Position numbers and translations under genes: made by a program. Positions 36,373 through 52,204 of a stretch of DNA of 64,000 nucleotides are shown one piece after another. The notes beneath the pieces were generated by a model that saw nothing but the letters and a program-made list of their open reading frames with translations, ran no database searches and had not been told where the DNA came from. Source of the stretch: Dimorphilus gyrociliatus (lineage: Eukaryota; Animalia; Annelida); the NCBI GenBank assembly GCA_904063045.1, contig CAJFCJ010000015.1, positions 434,001 to 498,000 on the forward strand. Reading direction: 5' to 3'. Numbering within the stretch: the first letter of the stretch is position 1; the number at the start of each line of letters is the position of its first letter.

Positions 36373-36380
36373 TGACGTCA
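36373..36380. promoter_or_regulatory. Perfect CRE palindrome ~420 bp upstream of the sulfotransferase ATG
   Basis: Exact TGACGTCA. Confidence 0.3.
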
Positions 36381-36982
36381 AGTTTAATTTAATTGATGTT
36401 ATTGTCTTGTACTAAAAATAGAATCATGAAAATTTAATGATATATTTCTCTTATATAACGCAAGTCGAAAATTAAGGCTTTCGCAACTATTACAAAGGAT
36501 ATTATCCGTATCAACATTCGTTAAAATTCAATGTTAAGATGATGCAACAAAATCATTAACTTGAACATTCTCAATTTTATCCAATCTCTTATAAAAAACA
36601 GAAAACAATATTCACAATCTAATATTTTATTTCATCCAACTGTTTTCAACTGTTTTTATTACTTATAAAAATATCAAAAACAGCAATTAGGTACAAAAAA
36701 AAAACCGATCTTATGTAATAAAATTTTCAGCACTTTTGCATAATTCTCAAAGGGTTGTTACGACATAAAAGAAAAATATGTAAATAAAGATCTTGACATG
36801 GTATTAATTTTTTGCTCGTAGCCTTTTTGTCATACTTTACGGATGGTTATATTTTTCACATGATATGAACATTCTTTGTTTATTGTAAAGATGCACTGTA
36901 TGTAATAAAAGATGTAACAACCGATAATATCGGTGAAATCGTATATTCTTAAGAAGAACAGAAAATTTACAACACTTAATAT

Positions 36983-39900
36983 TTACTTTACAAGTCCTTG
37001 TCTTTTCGCTTCTGTTTCATATATCAACAACCTCCACATTTTAACGACGAACACTTCAGCTTCCTCGTCAAGTACCATCTCGACATCCTTTAGTATACTA
37101 TCAGGTGTGCATCTAGCCATTACTTTCTGGCAAATAAAATCCGTTAAGGTAGGCTCTTCTTCACCTATGTATTCAACTATTTTCTTATCAACCCAAGGTC
37201 GTATACGTTTGTCCATTAGAGAAGCATCAACCATTGCCCAATTCAATGAATATGCGAAAGCTGCACTTTTCTCTGTCGGAATAGAATCGATAAGTTTTTT
37301 TATTAGTTTTCGCTTTTCTTCAGCACTATTTGGAGCCTTATTGAGGGCATCGTTGGGGCCAGGAACATCGCCGTAATCGATTGGCACTAATTTTCTCCTC
37401 TTAGCAGCTGCTGCTTCATCGTCGTCGTCATCTTGATTGAAAACTGTATCGACCAACTTTTTCTTAGTTGGCTGTTGTTGAGGAGGTGTTGTGGTGTCTG
37501 AACTGTTATTTGATAATTTTATGGCGCTAAAGCCCAATTTTTTAACCTCTGATTGAGGTGGTAAACGATCATTCACTTCAGGTCGAGGTGAATTTGGAGG
37601 ACTAGACGATCTCATGTTCGAATCAGGTGATGGTTGATCTAAGTTAAACGAATGGATAGGTTGACCCAACCTTGGAAGTAAGTGTTGATCTCTCTCCTGT
37701 TCAATTTTCGCCATTTCTCTATCGACATCAGGATGACCATCCTTTTCCATCTGCTTTCGAATTTCTTCTAATTCATGCCTTTCCTTATTTCTATCTCTCG
37801 CGTCACTCTCCATTTCTCTTTCTCGCTCTCGAAGGCGCTTCGTCAAAGCGTTATCTTTGTAATATTTTCCATCGTCCCTCTCATCGTTATAATCTTCCAA
37901 AAACTGCCTTAGTCTCTTAGCTTCTTTCTTTTCAATTGTTAGTCGTTCGTTTTCCTTTTCTTCATCCTTAGAATATTCGCGAGACTTCATCCTTTCCCTC
38001 TTTTCCCAAGTTTTCAATCTTTCCTGATAAGCGGTTTCTTTTTGTTTCAACTTTCTCTCGGTTCTTTTTCGTTCATACGAAGCTTCTTCTTCATCATCAG
38101 AAAAATCTGGAGACTTGTGATCTTTCCGATCCTTCGCTCGGTAGTCATTCTTATCGCGATCTCTTCCTACAAGTATATTTAAACAACGATCAATAAATAA
38201 AAAACCAAGAATTTAAATTTTTATAAATTTTTATAATAATATTAATAATATTAACCTTTTGTTCGATCGCGATCCCTATCATCTCGAACCCGATCTCGCT
38301 CCCTCTCCTTATCTCTCTCACGTTTTTCGGCCTCAACCTCCCTTCGTTTACGCAACTCTCTTGCATAATCACGTTCTTTATCTCTTTCAACTTCATCTGC
38401 ATCCTGATACGAAAATATAACAATTATCAACTAAAGTAATTTCATTCTTAACTACGTAAGATATATATATATATATATATATATATGTAAAAAAATAAAT
38501 ATAAACAATTATATCATACAATCAGTCTATTTTGTCAGTGAAATATGTCAAAAAATTTCACAGAGAAAATATTTATTTCTAATACTCGTATAGTAGAAAT
38601 ATAACCGTTAAGCTATCACCGAATCTTCGTGATTGAACGAGCACCAATTGCAGAATATTCGACCATATATACCAATAAGTTTTCTTCGTGTACTCTTCAG
38701 TAAGTCTGCTTTACATAGCGAACATGTATGTTGGATGAATGCGCACGTCCAATAAATAAAATAAAAGGGTAACTTTTAAAAGAATACAAACCTGTTGCTC
38801 AGCTACGACCATCTTATAAAAATATGCCTACTCACCTTTATAATGTTGATAATATTACGACCCAAGCAATCAGACATTTACATATATAAATTTATATATC
38901 CGCCGTCGCGCTTATTATGTTAAACTCACTGATAATAATAGTAGTGATAATAGTGTAATTTAATACTTTAAGTTTATAGACTTTTTACTATATTTTTTAA
39001 TTAAAAAAAAAAGCACGACTGATAATTTACATATTTGGCGGTTGAAAAATACTACAAACCTTCGAGAATGCCCCTTGACAACGCGAATTGTAAAATACGA
39101 AAAAAATAGTAGCGACTCACCGCTACGAAACGAATACAGATTAATTAGACAAGATGCGATTTGGGATGTACGCGAAGTCCTCAGCGATGTGATATTCCTA
39201 ACAGCTCATCACCAATCCATCCTAATAAATGCCGCAAACCGACTTTGTTAACTCCCAATTTTTTAGTATTTTTCAAAATTTTATATCATTATATTTATGT
39301 ATATAAGTTAAATTTTTAAATTAAGCTCATTAATTAAATTATTTAATTTTAATTCTAAAATAATAAATATTGTCTTTTTATATGCAATATTCACATATAA
39401 TGATTTAATTTTTCATATATGCAAGCATCCTTTTCTTTGACAAATATGATCAATTTCTAATACATAAATATATTCATTAAAATTTTCCTACTTCCAATAT
39501 TCTCTAATATGGAATTTTAACTAAAGTAGAATAAAAGATTTTTTACAAACCTTGTGCTTTTCGCGGAATTTGTTTATTTCTGAATCAATAATGTCTTTCT
39601 TTTCGTCTTCTATATCAATACCATTTAAACTCTGAAATGTAACGTTCATTGATAGTTTTAACAATTAATTCTCAAAAGTTATTTAAACGTACCGTATCTT
39701 TTGCTCTTATCTGTTTGATTTCATTTTGAGGATCATCTGCTAAGCAAGTTTAAAGACTTAGTTAATTAATTTTAATAATAAAAAATATAGTTATGTACCT
39801 TCTTTTGTTAAGTCTTTTTCGTATTCTTTCATTACAGCAGTTAGTCCGGCTCTAGCAACTCGATCTTCTTTTTTCGTCATTTCATTTAACGCCTCCTCTA

Positions 39901-40539
39901 TATCTTCTTTTAATTCGCCATCCTCTTTTTTACCCAGACCAGTTCCCGGCTTAGAAATTGTATATTTGTCAAGCAATTCCTTTGTTTTGGTATCGACTTT
40001 GACAACTAGTTGCTTATCCCCAATTTGCCACTTATTTAACAAACGCATACACCTCAATGTTGATTCTGGTTTTTCGAATTCACAGAATCCAAATGCTTGC
40101 AGTTTGCCTAGGAATTAAAAGCTCAATTAATAAAACTTAATTAAAAACAAATGTATAAATCAATCAATAGTACCAGAAGCTCCTTGTACTCTTTTCCAGT
40201 TCAGAACATTGCCACAACAAGATAACATTTGTCTTATCATGGTATCCGGAGCCTTCTCACAGATATTTCCAACGAAACATGTTGTTACAGGCGGCTTTTC
40301 TCCTTCACTTGTTATGTCTTGAGGTACCAATCGAGGTTTCTCGTTGTTTTGCTGGGCCGGTACAGGTGGAGCAGTAACGACCGGCATTGATACCATACCT
40401 ACTCCTACCATGCCTAGATTTTAAGTTCGATTAGAAGAAATATATAAAGATTGAAAAGCAACTCACTCATAGGTGGTGGTTGATAATAGGTTTGTGGCAC
40501 CATTCCTACAGTCATCGGAGGTCGGGGTGGATACGACAT
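36983..40539 (-). CDS. RBM25: RNA-binding protein 25 (RRM, RE/RD-rich region, PWI), 693 aa, 7 exons
   Basis: Exons are 40467-40539, 40174-40413, 39799-40107, 39693-39739, 39551-39631, 38256-38403 and 36983-38166, totalling 2082 nt. The RRM reads TTCFVGNI..GNVLNWKRVQGASGKLQAFGFCEF. The PWI domain reads IRPWVDKKIVEYIGEEEPTL..FVVKMWRLLIYE. Confidence 0.97.
38459..38487. repeat. (TA)n microsatellite in the RBM25 intron
   Basis: Read directly from the sequence. Confidence 0.9.
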
Positions 40540-40655
40540 GATTTAGGCGATTCAGGGAAAGACTTAATACCAAAAAGGAGGTATTAATATAGCCTTAATT
40601 TTGATATAGATCCCTATATGTCAGATTTCCGGTTCGATATTTCGACTAAAATGAT

Positions 40656-40667
40656 TGCGCATGCGCA
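40656..40667. promoter_or_regulatory. Perfect NRF1-type palindrome TGCGCATGCGCA in the divergent RBM25/SRBD1 promoter
   Basis: Exact 12-bp palindrome ~117 bp upstream of the RBM25 ATG, in very AT-rich DNA. Confidence 0.65.
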
Positions 40668-41533
40668 AAAAAGAGACACTATAAAATACGAACGTTTTTC
40701 AATTTTCCAATTTACTAACTTCAAAACATTTTATAAAATATTAAGGATTATTTTTTTATAATTTTATCTTTTTATTAAACTATAACTAATTTCAATGAAG
40801 TATTAAATAGGCAAACAGCGCTTTACAAGTATAGTTTTTTTAATAATCGCTAATTTCTGTTAAAACGAGGTCCTTTTGTACGAGACTAACTCTTACGTCT
40901 CAAGACTATACGACCAAATACATTTTATGAATGAAATTCTTTCTTTAAATAATTATAAATGCATTGACAAAGAGCTTAAAAATAAATAGTGCTAATGTTT
41001 CACAAATAATTTAATTAATTTAATGCAAATATTTTCCTATAATAATAAAAATTTTAATCGCTTTTGTAGCTTAAAACAACTTTAGTGAAGAAATTTTAAG
41101 ATTTCAAAACTGCTATCGGCCATATTGTTACGAATGTTTTGTCTTTTCATATGAGCATGAAATAAACATCGTGTATTTTGTAATCGATAAAAAACGTTCT
41201 ATTTTCGTTCTATCACTGAAAGAAAGCTAATCGAAAGCAAAGATTATATAATTAAGTTATATAGATGATAAAGTAATATCAATAACCAATAAATGCTTTT
41301 AACAGAAGTTAATACATTGGACAGCAGAGAAAAATAGAAATTTTTGACAATAAATTGTATTTTTATATAAATCGTATCGTAATTTGAAGTTATTCGATTA
41401 AAACGAATCGAAAATCGACTTTTCGGTATATTGTGAAATCGAGAAAAAATCTAGCACTTGAAGAATAATTCAAAAAATGTTGGTAGTAATAGTTCAATTT
41501 TTTTCAAAATTAATCATAAATACGCTATCTAAG

Positions 41534-44500
41534 GTCAGGTACAACGACGATCGATAATGATGAATCCGATGAAGATATTATAGTTATCAACGCTGCAAGT
41601 AACAATTTCGATGAAATTACGATATCATCTGAAGAAGAAGGAGAAATTACTGCAAATAAAGATGATAAATTTCATAATAAAGAAAGAAAGGAAACAAAAC
41701 AAAAGGATAGCTATTCCAATGAAAAAAAGCATAAGAAAAAGAAAAAAGAAAAAGATAAAAAAAAGAAAAAAGACAAAAAATCGAGTAAAAGTGAATCAAA
41801 ACAAATAGAGAAATCTAAAGATGACTTTATAAAACCACCAGAACCTCCGTCTAATTTTCAATTTGAATCCAGTTGGCGCGAGAGTGATATTATTGCAGAT
41901 AATTTAGGAATTTATAATGTTATAATAGAAAAAGTCGTAAAATTGTTCGATGAGGGTAATACTATGCCATTTATTGCAAGATATCGTAGTCACATTACAC
42001 AAGAAATGGAGCCAGCTACTTTAAGAAAAATCGAAAGTCACCTTAGTGAATTAAGGTTGTTTCTAAAACCACTCTTTATACCTAAACGAAAATAATAAAA
42101 AATTCAATTTTATCTTTGCTATTCAACAGAACTGTGAAGAAAAAGATGAAATATGTGGCGTCTACATTGTCAAAATATGGATGGTTAAGCAGTGAATTAG
42201 CATCTAGATTGAGATGTTGTACAACTATTGAGGAAATTGAATATTTAGTTGGTTTTTTTAATTTTATAATTTTGGAGTTATTGTTATGTAACTTCATTTT
42301 TCTGTATAGTTTGCACCATTCAAACCGGGAAGCAAGAGATCTAAGGCTCATAAAGCTCGTGACTTAGGATTGGAAGAGTTTGCTATAAAACTGATTGAAA
42401 GCCAGTCAGACGATATTTTAAGGGAAATGAACCAAGCCGTTGTAGCTGATAAAGAAGGTCTGCAAAATGTTAAAGAAGTCAGAAAAGGCGTCCAGTTTAT
42501 TATTTCTGACATAATCGCTAAAGATAAAGTGTGTCTTGATTACATCCGAGATGTGTGAGCTTCTATTGATAACTTTGTATATTTAATAATCATAAAAATA
42601 CTGACAAACTCAAACTATTAGCTGTAGTAATCGGAGAGACGGGATTCGAATACGATGTTCACAGGCCCCCGAAAGGCCATTAGACGAAGAAAATGAAACT
42701 GTTATTAGTTATCAGCCTAATCCTCAGAAAGATTTATTTAAAAATTACTACTATTTTGATGCTTCTGCCCTAAATATCAAACCTCATCAAGTGATATTAT
42801 AACCAGACATATTGATATGACTTTTTATTAATATTTTTCATCTTTAAAGGTTCTGGCTATCAATAGAGGAGAGGCTCAAAAAGAATTAACTGTGAAGATG
42901 GTAGTGGGAAATTACGTTGCTGATAGATGGAGGGAATTTTGCCGCCGAAAATATATTCCAAGAAAAACATCGTTCGAAATAGCAGCAATGATAACAGCTA
43001 GTATTGATGATGCTTTTTCAAGACTTGTATCTCCAGTTCTCATTCGGGAGTGCAGATCTAGACTAACTAAACAAGCTGAAAAAGCCTCTCTGGAAGTATT
43101 TGCATCAAACCTTCGCAGCATGCTACTAACTCCTCCTATTAGAGGAAAAGTTATAATGGGGGTTGATCCTGGTTATAATCATGGATGCAAATGGGCTGTA
43201 ATTTCACCGGTTTATATCATTTTAATTGATTCTGACCATATAATTTAATAAAAACTAATCATTCATTCAGCAAGGGGATGTTTTAGATACAGGAATATCC
43301 TACTTACATGAATGCGACGAAGACGAAAGTGGTAATATAATACGAAAAAGAAAGAGGAAAAGGAAAATTGACTTTGAGGATTCAGAAGAATTTTCGAGTA
43401 TTAAAGGAGCTATATTTAGAAATAATTGTGAAATTATAGCAATAGGCAATGGTACTGCTAGTAGAGAAACTCAGGAACTTTTCGCAGAACAAATTCAAAG
43501 AGGTGCATTTAGTCCTTTAGTAGTCCAGTTTGTGTAAGTTATTTTCTTGGTTAACTTGCATGGAGTTTCACCGCTACATTTTTATTTAGAGTCGTCGACG
43601 AAAGTGGATCATCGATTTATTCTGTGTCAGATTTAGCCAAAAAGGAACTTCGAAGATTAGAAATTAAACTAAGAAGTGCTGGTAAAAGCTTTCAAATGGA
43701 ATTTTTATTGCTTATTTAACACTTTTCTTTTTATTAAGTTTCCATTGCAAGAAGATTACAAAATCCTGTTGCAGAACTGGTTAAAATTGAACCACAACAT
43801 CTTGGCATTGGGCAATATCAAGTAACTGAATCCATATTATAAATTCCATTCAAAAAAGTGTTAATTTTATAGCATGACTTAAGAGAAAGCACTCTGAAAA
43901 AGACATTAGATAAAGTAGTTGAGGAATGTGTAAGCTTTATCGGCGTTGACATAAACACCTGCAGCGCATCTCTTTTACAGTAAGTGTTATTTATTTACAT
44001 AGTAGTATCTGTACAATTGCTCACTCTATATGCATATATATATATATAAACTATAACAAAGCCATAGGATAAATACGATAAGATTCGTTTGTTGGTTCAC
44101 CCATGAGTTGTCTTTTTATCGCTCTCATTCTTCTTACAATTGACTTTTGGCGTTTATGTTCAAAATTTTTCTTCTCTCGTTTACTTGTTGGATTACTAGC
44201 AAAAGAAAATCGACTCCTCTTTCTGTATCTAGAGGAGGATAATTCGTCCTCAGTAGTGGCTCCAAGTGTTGTATCCATAAATGATGACTCGGCATGAGAG
44301 GAAGCATCCTTTGATCGAAATAATCGACGAAGCAGAGATGTTCTCTTGTTAGCTTTTGGTGCGGTATCAGGCATGCTGGCTACTGAGCTACCAATTCCAG
44401 TCTCGTCTTCGGTTTCAGTTTGAACTCCAGTATCACGTGTAACTTTTCGGTTGATATAAATAGGAAATTGTGTTGCCGGTTGAGGGGAGTCGATACTGTT

Positions 44501-46176
44501 TGGTAGGCAACGTAAAATTTTAGCTGTTCGTGGAGTTCGAGTAGACTGGCAATGACGGCAACAGCAAACGAGATCTTCAGAACGAACGAAAAAGCTGGGA
44601 ACGTCTTCCTTGAATGAAGTCATGTTTATCGAATTAGATGCAATTGTCTTGATCGGTCAAGTTGTTGTGAAGAACTACAGAATAACCTATCTTATATATT
44701 GAATTGAAATCGTTGAAATTTCGAAGGTCGACTCGATGTGTCAAAGATGCGTTGAATTTTGCGTTTGACACCTTTAACCCTTTTTTTCTGTTCGCGTAGC
44801 TCCTTCTCCAACGTTTACTTTGTAATTAATTAAAGCAGTTAGCTATCAAGATATTTTGTTTCATTTAGACATATTGCTGGTTTGGGGCCGACTCTTGCCG
44901 AGAGAATAGTTGAGTTACGAGAAATAGATGGTCCTTTTGTATCGAGACACCAATTACTCATGATCAAAGGAATCGGACCGTCAACTTTCAAACAGATAGC
45001 GGGTTTCATTAGAGTGTTTGCTGATAAACCTAAAATAATAAAACCACCAGGAGAATCTAGCGGTGAAGAAGACGATGAAATTAGCTGTGAAGTTGTTAAA
45101 ATCGGCGGAACGAACTATTCTCAACCTAATAATGTTCACGTTAAACCTGGCCTTCATAACATTCTTTATCCGAACTCAATTCAATATAACGTTGCAAAAC
45201 AAATTTTACGTGATGCTGGCGCCAAAGAGAGCGAAATTGGAAAGGAAAAGTTCATTTGCGCAATCAAATCCTATTTTATGATGGCTTGTAAGGACCCTTT
45301 GAAATTTATTTGATATGTTAATATAAGATTCATTTTCATTGCAGCTCTTAAAAATTTATCACAAATATACGATGGGGTGTCAACTTTGGTATTACAAGAA
45401 CTATGTACTAAACTCTGCAGTAAAATCAATATAAACAATATCATAAAACGGGAGCCGATAGAGCAGGCATCTATGGAAGATATGAAGCGTAAAATGGTAG
45501 AAACAGCAATGGAGGGGAAGAAAAAACGGAAAAAGGTTGAAGTGAGTCCCAACGTCCTGGATAAAACATCCATTCATCCAGAAAATTATGAATTGGCTGA
45601 AGAAATTATTAAAGACGCTTGTTTGAACATTGCACACGTTGGTCAAGAACAATTCTGTACTGCAATGAAGAGTTTTATGAAGTTTACAAGTAAGTATATA
45701 TATTAACAAATTACTGGTTTATTTATTTCCAAGTTTAAATAGCCTTCGAAAATTTGTCGTCTGTTTATAAAACGGAAATACCGATTTTAAAGCAAGTACT
45801 AGGAGCGTTGACAGAGAAAACTGAGACTGATATTAGAGATGGTAATAAAGTATAAAGTCTTTTTATTTATATTTAATATGCTATATTCAATATCAAAACA
45901 GAAAACGAAAAACCTCTTTTTAGGACAACTTTTAAAAAATTCTCTGATGTTGTCGAAGGAAATGAATTAACCGGAGTAATATCAAACGTAACTTATTTTG
46001 GTGCTTTTGTTGACTTAGGCGTGGGAACGAGCGGACTCATTCACGTTTCTAAAATGCCTGAGAATGCAATAACAAACAATGAAGTTTCTAGAGGTCAAAG
46101 GGTTTTGGTTAAGGTGATAAATGTCGACCCAAATCGCAATAGAATTTCATTAAAATGGCTGAAAAATTTAAATTGA
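41534..46176 (+). CDS. SRBD1: S1 RNA-binding domain protein 1 (Tex family); start exon unresolved (candidate ATG at 41265)
   Basis: It has the Tex_N motif [15 protein letters not shown] and the YqgF/RNaseH-like motifs [25 protein letters not shown] and [11 protein letters not shown]. It also has [29 protein letters not shown], the HhH motif [20 protein letters not shown] and the S1 domain [28 protein letters not shown]. The stop is at 46174-46176. There are many short GT-AG introns. Confidence 0.95.
44051..44623 (-). CDS. Nested antisense single-exon ORF (190 aa) inside the SRBD1 intron 43980-44868
   Basis: The ATG-to-stop ORF fills the only long SRBD1 intron and has coding-like GC content. 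It has a CCCRHC cluster, an LC8-like DTGVQTE motif and an S/R/K-rich disordered composition. I recognise no family. Confidence 0.65.
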   Translation of the reverse strand: MTSFKEDVPSFFVRSEDLVCCCRHCQSTRTPRTAKILRCLPNSIDSPQPATQFPIYINRKVTRDTGVQTETEDETGIGSSVASMPDTAPKANKRTSLLRRLFRSKDASSHAESSFMDTTLGATTEDELSSSRYRKRSRFSFASNPTSKREKKNFEHKRQKSIVRRMRAIKRQLMGEPTNESYRIYPMALL

Positions 46177-46314
46177 AAAATGCTTTTTAACATACTTTTT
46201 AAGAAAACATTGGTTAGTGAGTTTATTGACCTAATACTGTTTTTGGAGACAAAATTGATCTATTTTTTAATAAATTAGAAAAAGAACACATTTTTTACAA
46301 TCGCTAAAAAAAAA

Positions 46315-48391
46315 TCAAACGAACACTTTTGCGATGGCGTCTGCTCCAGCAGACGCAATAAACGCCTTCGAAGGGTGAAAAGCGACATCGAAGATTGATT
46401 CATCATACTTTTTCCTATGTGCTGTAATCTCGTGCAGGCACTGTCGCGATTCTACATTCCATATTCTTACTGTTCCATCATGACTACCAGACACTAAATT
46501 TATGGCTGCTGAATCAACATCCAAAGACGTAACGCTATCCATATGTGCCATGTTAATTACATGGGCAGTTTTGGCTGAAGTTAAATCAAAAAATCTTATT
46601 TGTTTATTATCATGAGCAGTTATAGCGAGAGGAGATGTAGGATGCGTGACTACCGCATTGATTCTGCTTCGAAAGTTGTCAGGTATCTGTAATGACATTA
46701 TCTCTTCTCCTGTTTCAATATTGTATAGTAAAGCTGTTAATGTTGTTGGTTTATTAAAGCATACTATCATATAGTGTTTATTAGATTTAATATAATCCAA
46801 AGCTGACGGTGACCCAAGCTCAGGTGGTGTATGGATGGTATTTAAAAGAGGTACTGCAGCAGGCTCTGCATTCCAAATTCTAATTGAATTGTCGGCGGAG
46901 CATGACAATAAAACATTTTCGCAACATTTTAATCCCCAAATAGCATCCGTATGAGCTGTTAAGCAGTCGGCAGCAATTTTTGGATTAAAATTATCATAAG
47001 GATCCATGCTAACAGGTGGTGTTCTCCACACTCTAATATTTCCATCAAGTGATCCTGAGTATAAATATTCCGCGTCTTTAGATAAGGCCACTTTAGTTAT
47101 TGGAGTTTTATGATTACGAAAAGTATACATAGCTTCTACTTCTAGGGATGACTTTTTCCCCGCTGATTTGCTTTGGATAGGGTTTTTTAGATTCCACATT
47201 TTTAAAGTATGGTCCTCGCTACCGGTAAATAATATTGGTTCATTAGGATGAAAATACACGGATCGAATGGCGTCGAAATGTGATCGCAAAGTATATTTTG
47301 CACTCCATGTTTTTGTGCTCGAGTCTTCTGTGCTCTCAAGTAGATTTAACATTTCCTGCTCGCTACTGACCGCTGTATTATCCCCACTACTTGGTTCAAC
47401 TTTTTCTGGAACAATCTCTTCAAAAGTAATTTGTTCCTCCCCTCCACTAGGTGCTATATCATTTACGGGCATATTTAATATATTATTTAATGCTGGTCGT
47501 CCAAGACGAGGAGACGGTGGAGCCTTTTTTCTCCTCCTTTCCTTCCTGTATTCCTCTTTCAAGTTAGATATGAATTTTTCATTAACCCCCCATTCCTCTT
47601 TCACTGGCTGTTGGTCCTGATCAACAGCTGACAAAATCACATCAAATTCTTTCATAACATCTTCTGAATGGCAAGACGAGAGTATATCATCTATTGTTGT
47701 CATAGATTCTCTATCAGATTTTTCTTCTAAATTATCACCTAACTTGTTCACTTCATTACTTAAAAGTTCCAAACTGTCTAGGACAGCTGCTTCATTATCG
47801 GGAATTGTCGGTTTTGGCATCGAGCGAACGGTTTTTGTATTTAAAATAGTATCCGAATGATAACCTATATCCTGCAAATATTGACGAAGAATATGTCTTC
47901 CTGTTCTCCAGGAACCACTACTAAAATTATCAGCACCGGAATCTGCTGAAATGGATATTTCTGAGTCTTCGCTTTGAACGTGAGAAGCTTCAGTCGCACT
48001 TCCCAACAAACGTTGAACTTTTGCTCTTTCTTGCTTTAATGAATGTTCTAACATTTTTATTCGTCGAATTAAATCCTGTTTTAAATTTTCTTGCCCTTTA
48101 CGTTCGCCTTGTAAAAAAGCTATTCTTGCCTGAAAATATTTAATTGATCACTTGAAGTTATATATTACTTTATTGAATTACTTGAAGTTCTGCTCTTTCC
48201 ACTTCCCACTCTGACTTTTCCATCTCGAATCGAGCCCATTCAGACTCCAAGAAATTAAGCAAACCTTCCATCGAATATTGGGGACGAAGGTAGCCGTTAT
48301 CATTTTGCTGCCTACCAGCTGCGGTTTGATCATTATCAATACCGTAACTGACTTCATTACCGGATGAAAAATTTGACGAGTTATCATCCAT
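46315..48391 (-). CDS. STRN: Striatin (STRN/STRN3/STRN4/Cka family), ~674 aa, 2 exons
   Basis: Exons are 48182-48391 and 46315-48129. The striatin N-terminus reads YSMEGLLNFLESEWARFEMEKSEWEVERAELQ/ARIAFLQGERKGQENLKQDLIRRIKMLE. The C-terminal WD40 repeats end FHPSKAFIASAGADAIAKVFV. Confidence 0.97.
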
Positions 48392-48549
48392 TACTTTTTT
48401 TTTCTTTATAATCGTAAGTAGGCGTCCATCTTTGATCTATTTCTGTTTTCGCTTAGACTGGTGCGTGCCGATATTACAAATCACTCACAGGTTTCTAGCC
48501 TGGAATACGTGTGTCGTCATTGACATTGTCTGATGGGAAATATTTTAAT

Positions 48550-48558
48550 AACATGGCG
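48550..48558 (+). promoter_or_regulatory. YY1-like motif AACATGGCG in the divergent STRN/TTBK promoter
   Basis: Matches AANATGGCG; a CCATCTT motif also lies just upstream of the STRN ATG. Confidence 0.3.
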
Positions 48559-49347
48559 ACGGCGAAGTAAACAGATAGGATTTTCTCTAATTTAACCGAA
48601 AGGAATAGCAGTTTAAAGCTCATTAATTTCTTTATTTGAACAGAAAGAGTATGTTTTTCGTTTATATTATCTCTTATCGTCGATCATTCTATATGTAGTT
48701 TAAAATATAAAAATTATCTTTCTCTAATGATGCTTAGCATCTTTTAATGAAAGCTACAATGGAAGAGAATTATATAATCCTTGTTATAAAACGTCTTAAA
48801 TTGCTATAAACTGCTTAAAAACCATCTGACTGTAAATATGATTCCTTTCAAGTTGGTTTTCTCGTGTTGATATAATCATTAATAGAAAATCGAATTCAAT
48901 GTAGGCCTAAACGAAATTTACTAACATCTTCTGATTATTAATGCAAAAAGAACTCGATAAGACACTAAGTTAATTATCTGCATAAGAGTTATTTTAAGAG
49001 ATCATGCGCTGCTTTGTCGGTAATGTTAAATTTCATTCAGAAAGAATATTCTTTATTCACGTTTTTGTCTATAAATAAAGATTGTATGTGAATTATTAAC
49101 AAGAGAATACGTCATTTAAAAAGTACAAATGTAAACTTGTATTGAATTACATGTATAAAGCTGTTTAACGTTTTTTCGGCAAAAAATTTAATTGGGGTGT
49201 AATTCAATCGAAAAATATTGGCCATTAGATTAATAAAATCCATACTTACTACCATTGTTATGATATATTCTTTGCAAAATCGAAAAAAAGCCCTGTGTCA
49301 TTGCGTATATAACTGAATGATTAATTAACTAATTTATTAATATATAA

Positions 49348-51801
<2,454 letters not shown>

Positions 51802-52204
51802 TGTAAACTTAATTTACAATGATAAATTTTAATTGGGAATATATACAAAATAATCTATTTATAAGATAAATGAATTCACAATGATACATGTTTAATGTTA
51901 TAAATTTCATACGTATAAATTATGTTAATTTATCACTTTATAATATTTTTCCTTTGTTTGTTTTTGGCTTGTAAATAACTCAAAAAGAGTTTAGTTGAGG
52001 AAAAGAATCCTGATTTCTTCATATGCTAAAATTAAATGGGAATAAATATTTAAAATCTTTGCAATAATCGTAAAAGATAATTAAAGAATTTTAAATACAA
52101 AAGTCAATCTACTCTAAAAGATTTTGTTGCATTTAACATTTTTTGAATTTTGAAAAAGAAAATAATCTAAAATCTTTATTTTCTATTGTTACATTCAATA
52201 AACT

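Noticed and set aside
36933-37920. Plus-strand ORFs over RBM25, and similar antisense ORFs over the sulfotransferase, STRN, TTBK, ODAD3 and SRBD1 exons
   Set aside because: They are antisense or alternative-frame shadows of well-supported CDS.
39168-39215. TGATGA...CTGA pair suggesting a C/D snoRNA in the RBM25 intron
   Set aside because: The boxes are only ~30 nt apart, with no second D box or terminal stem.
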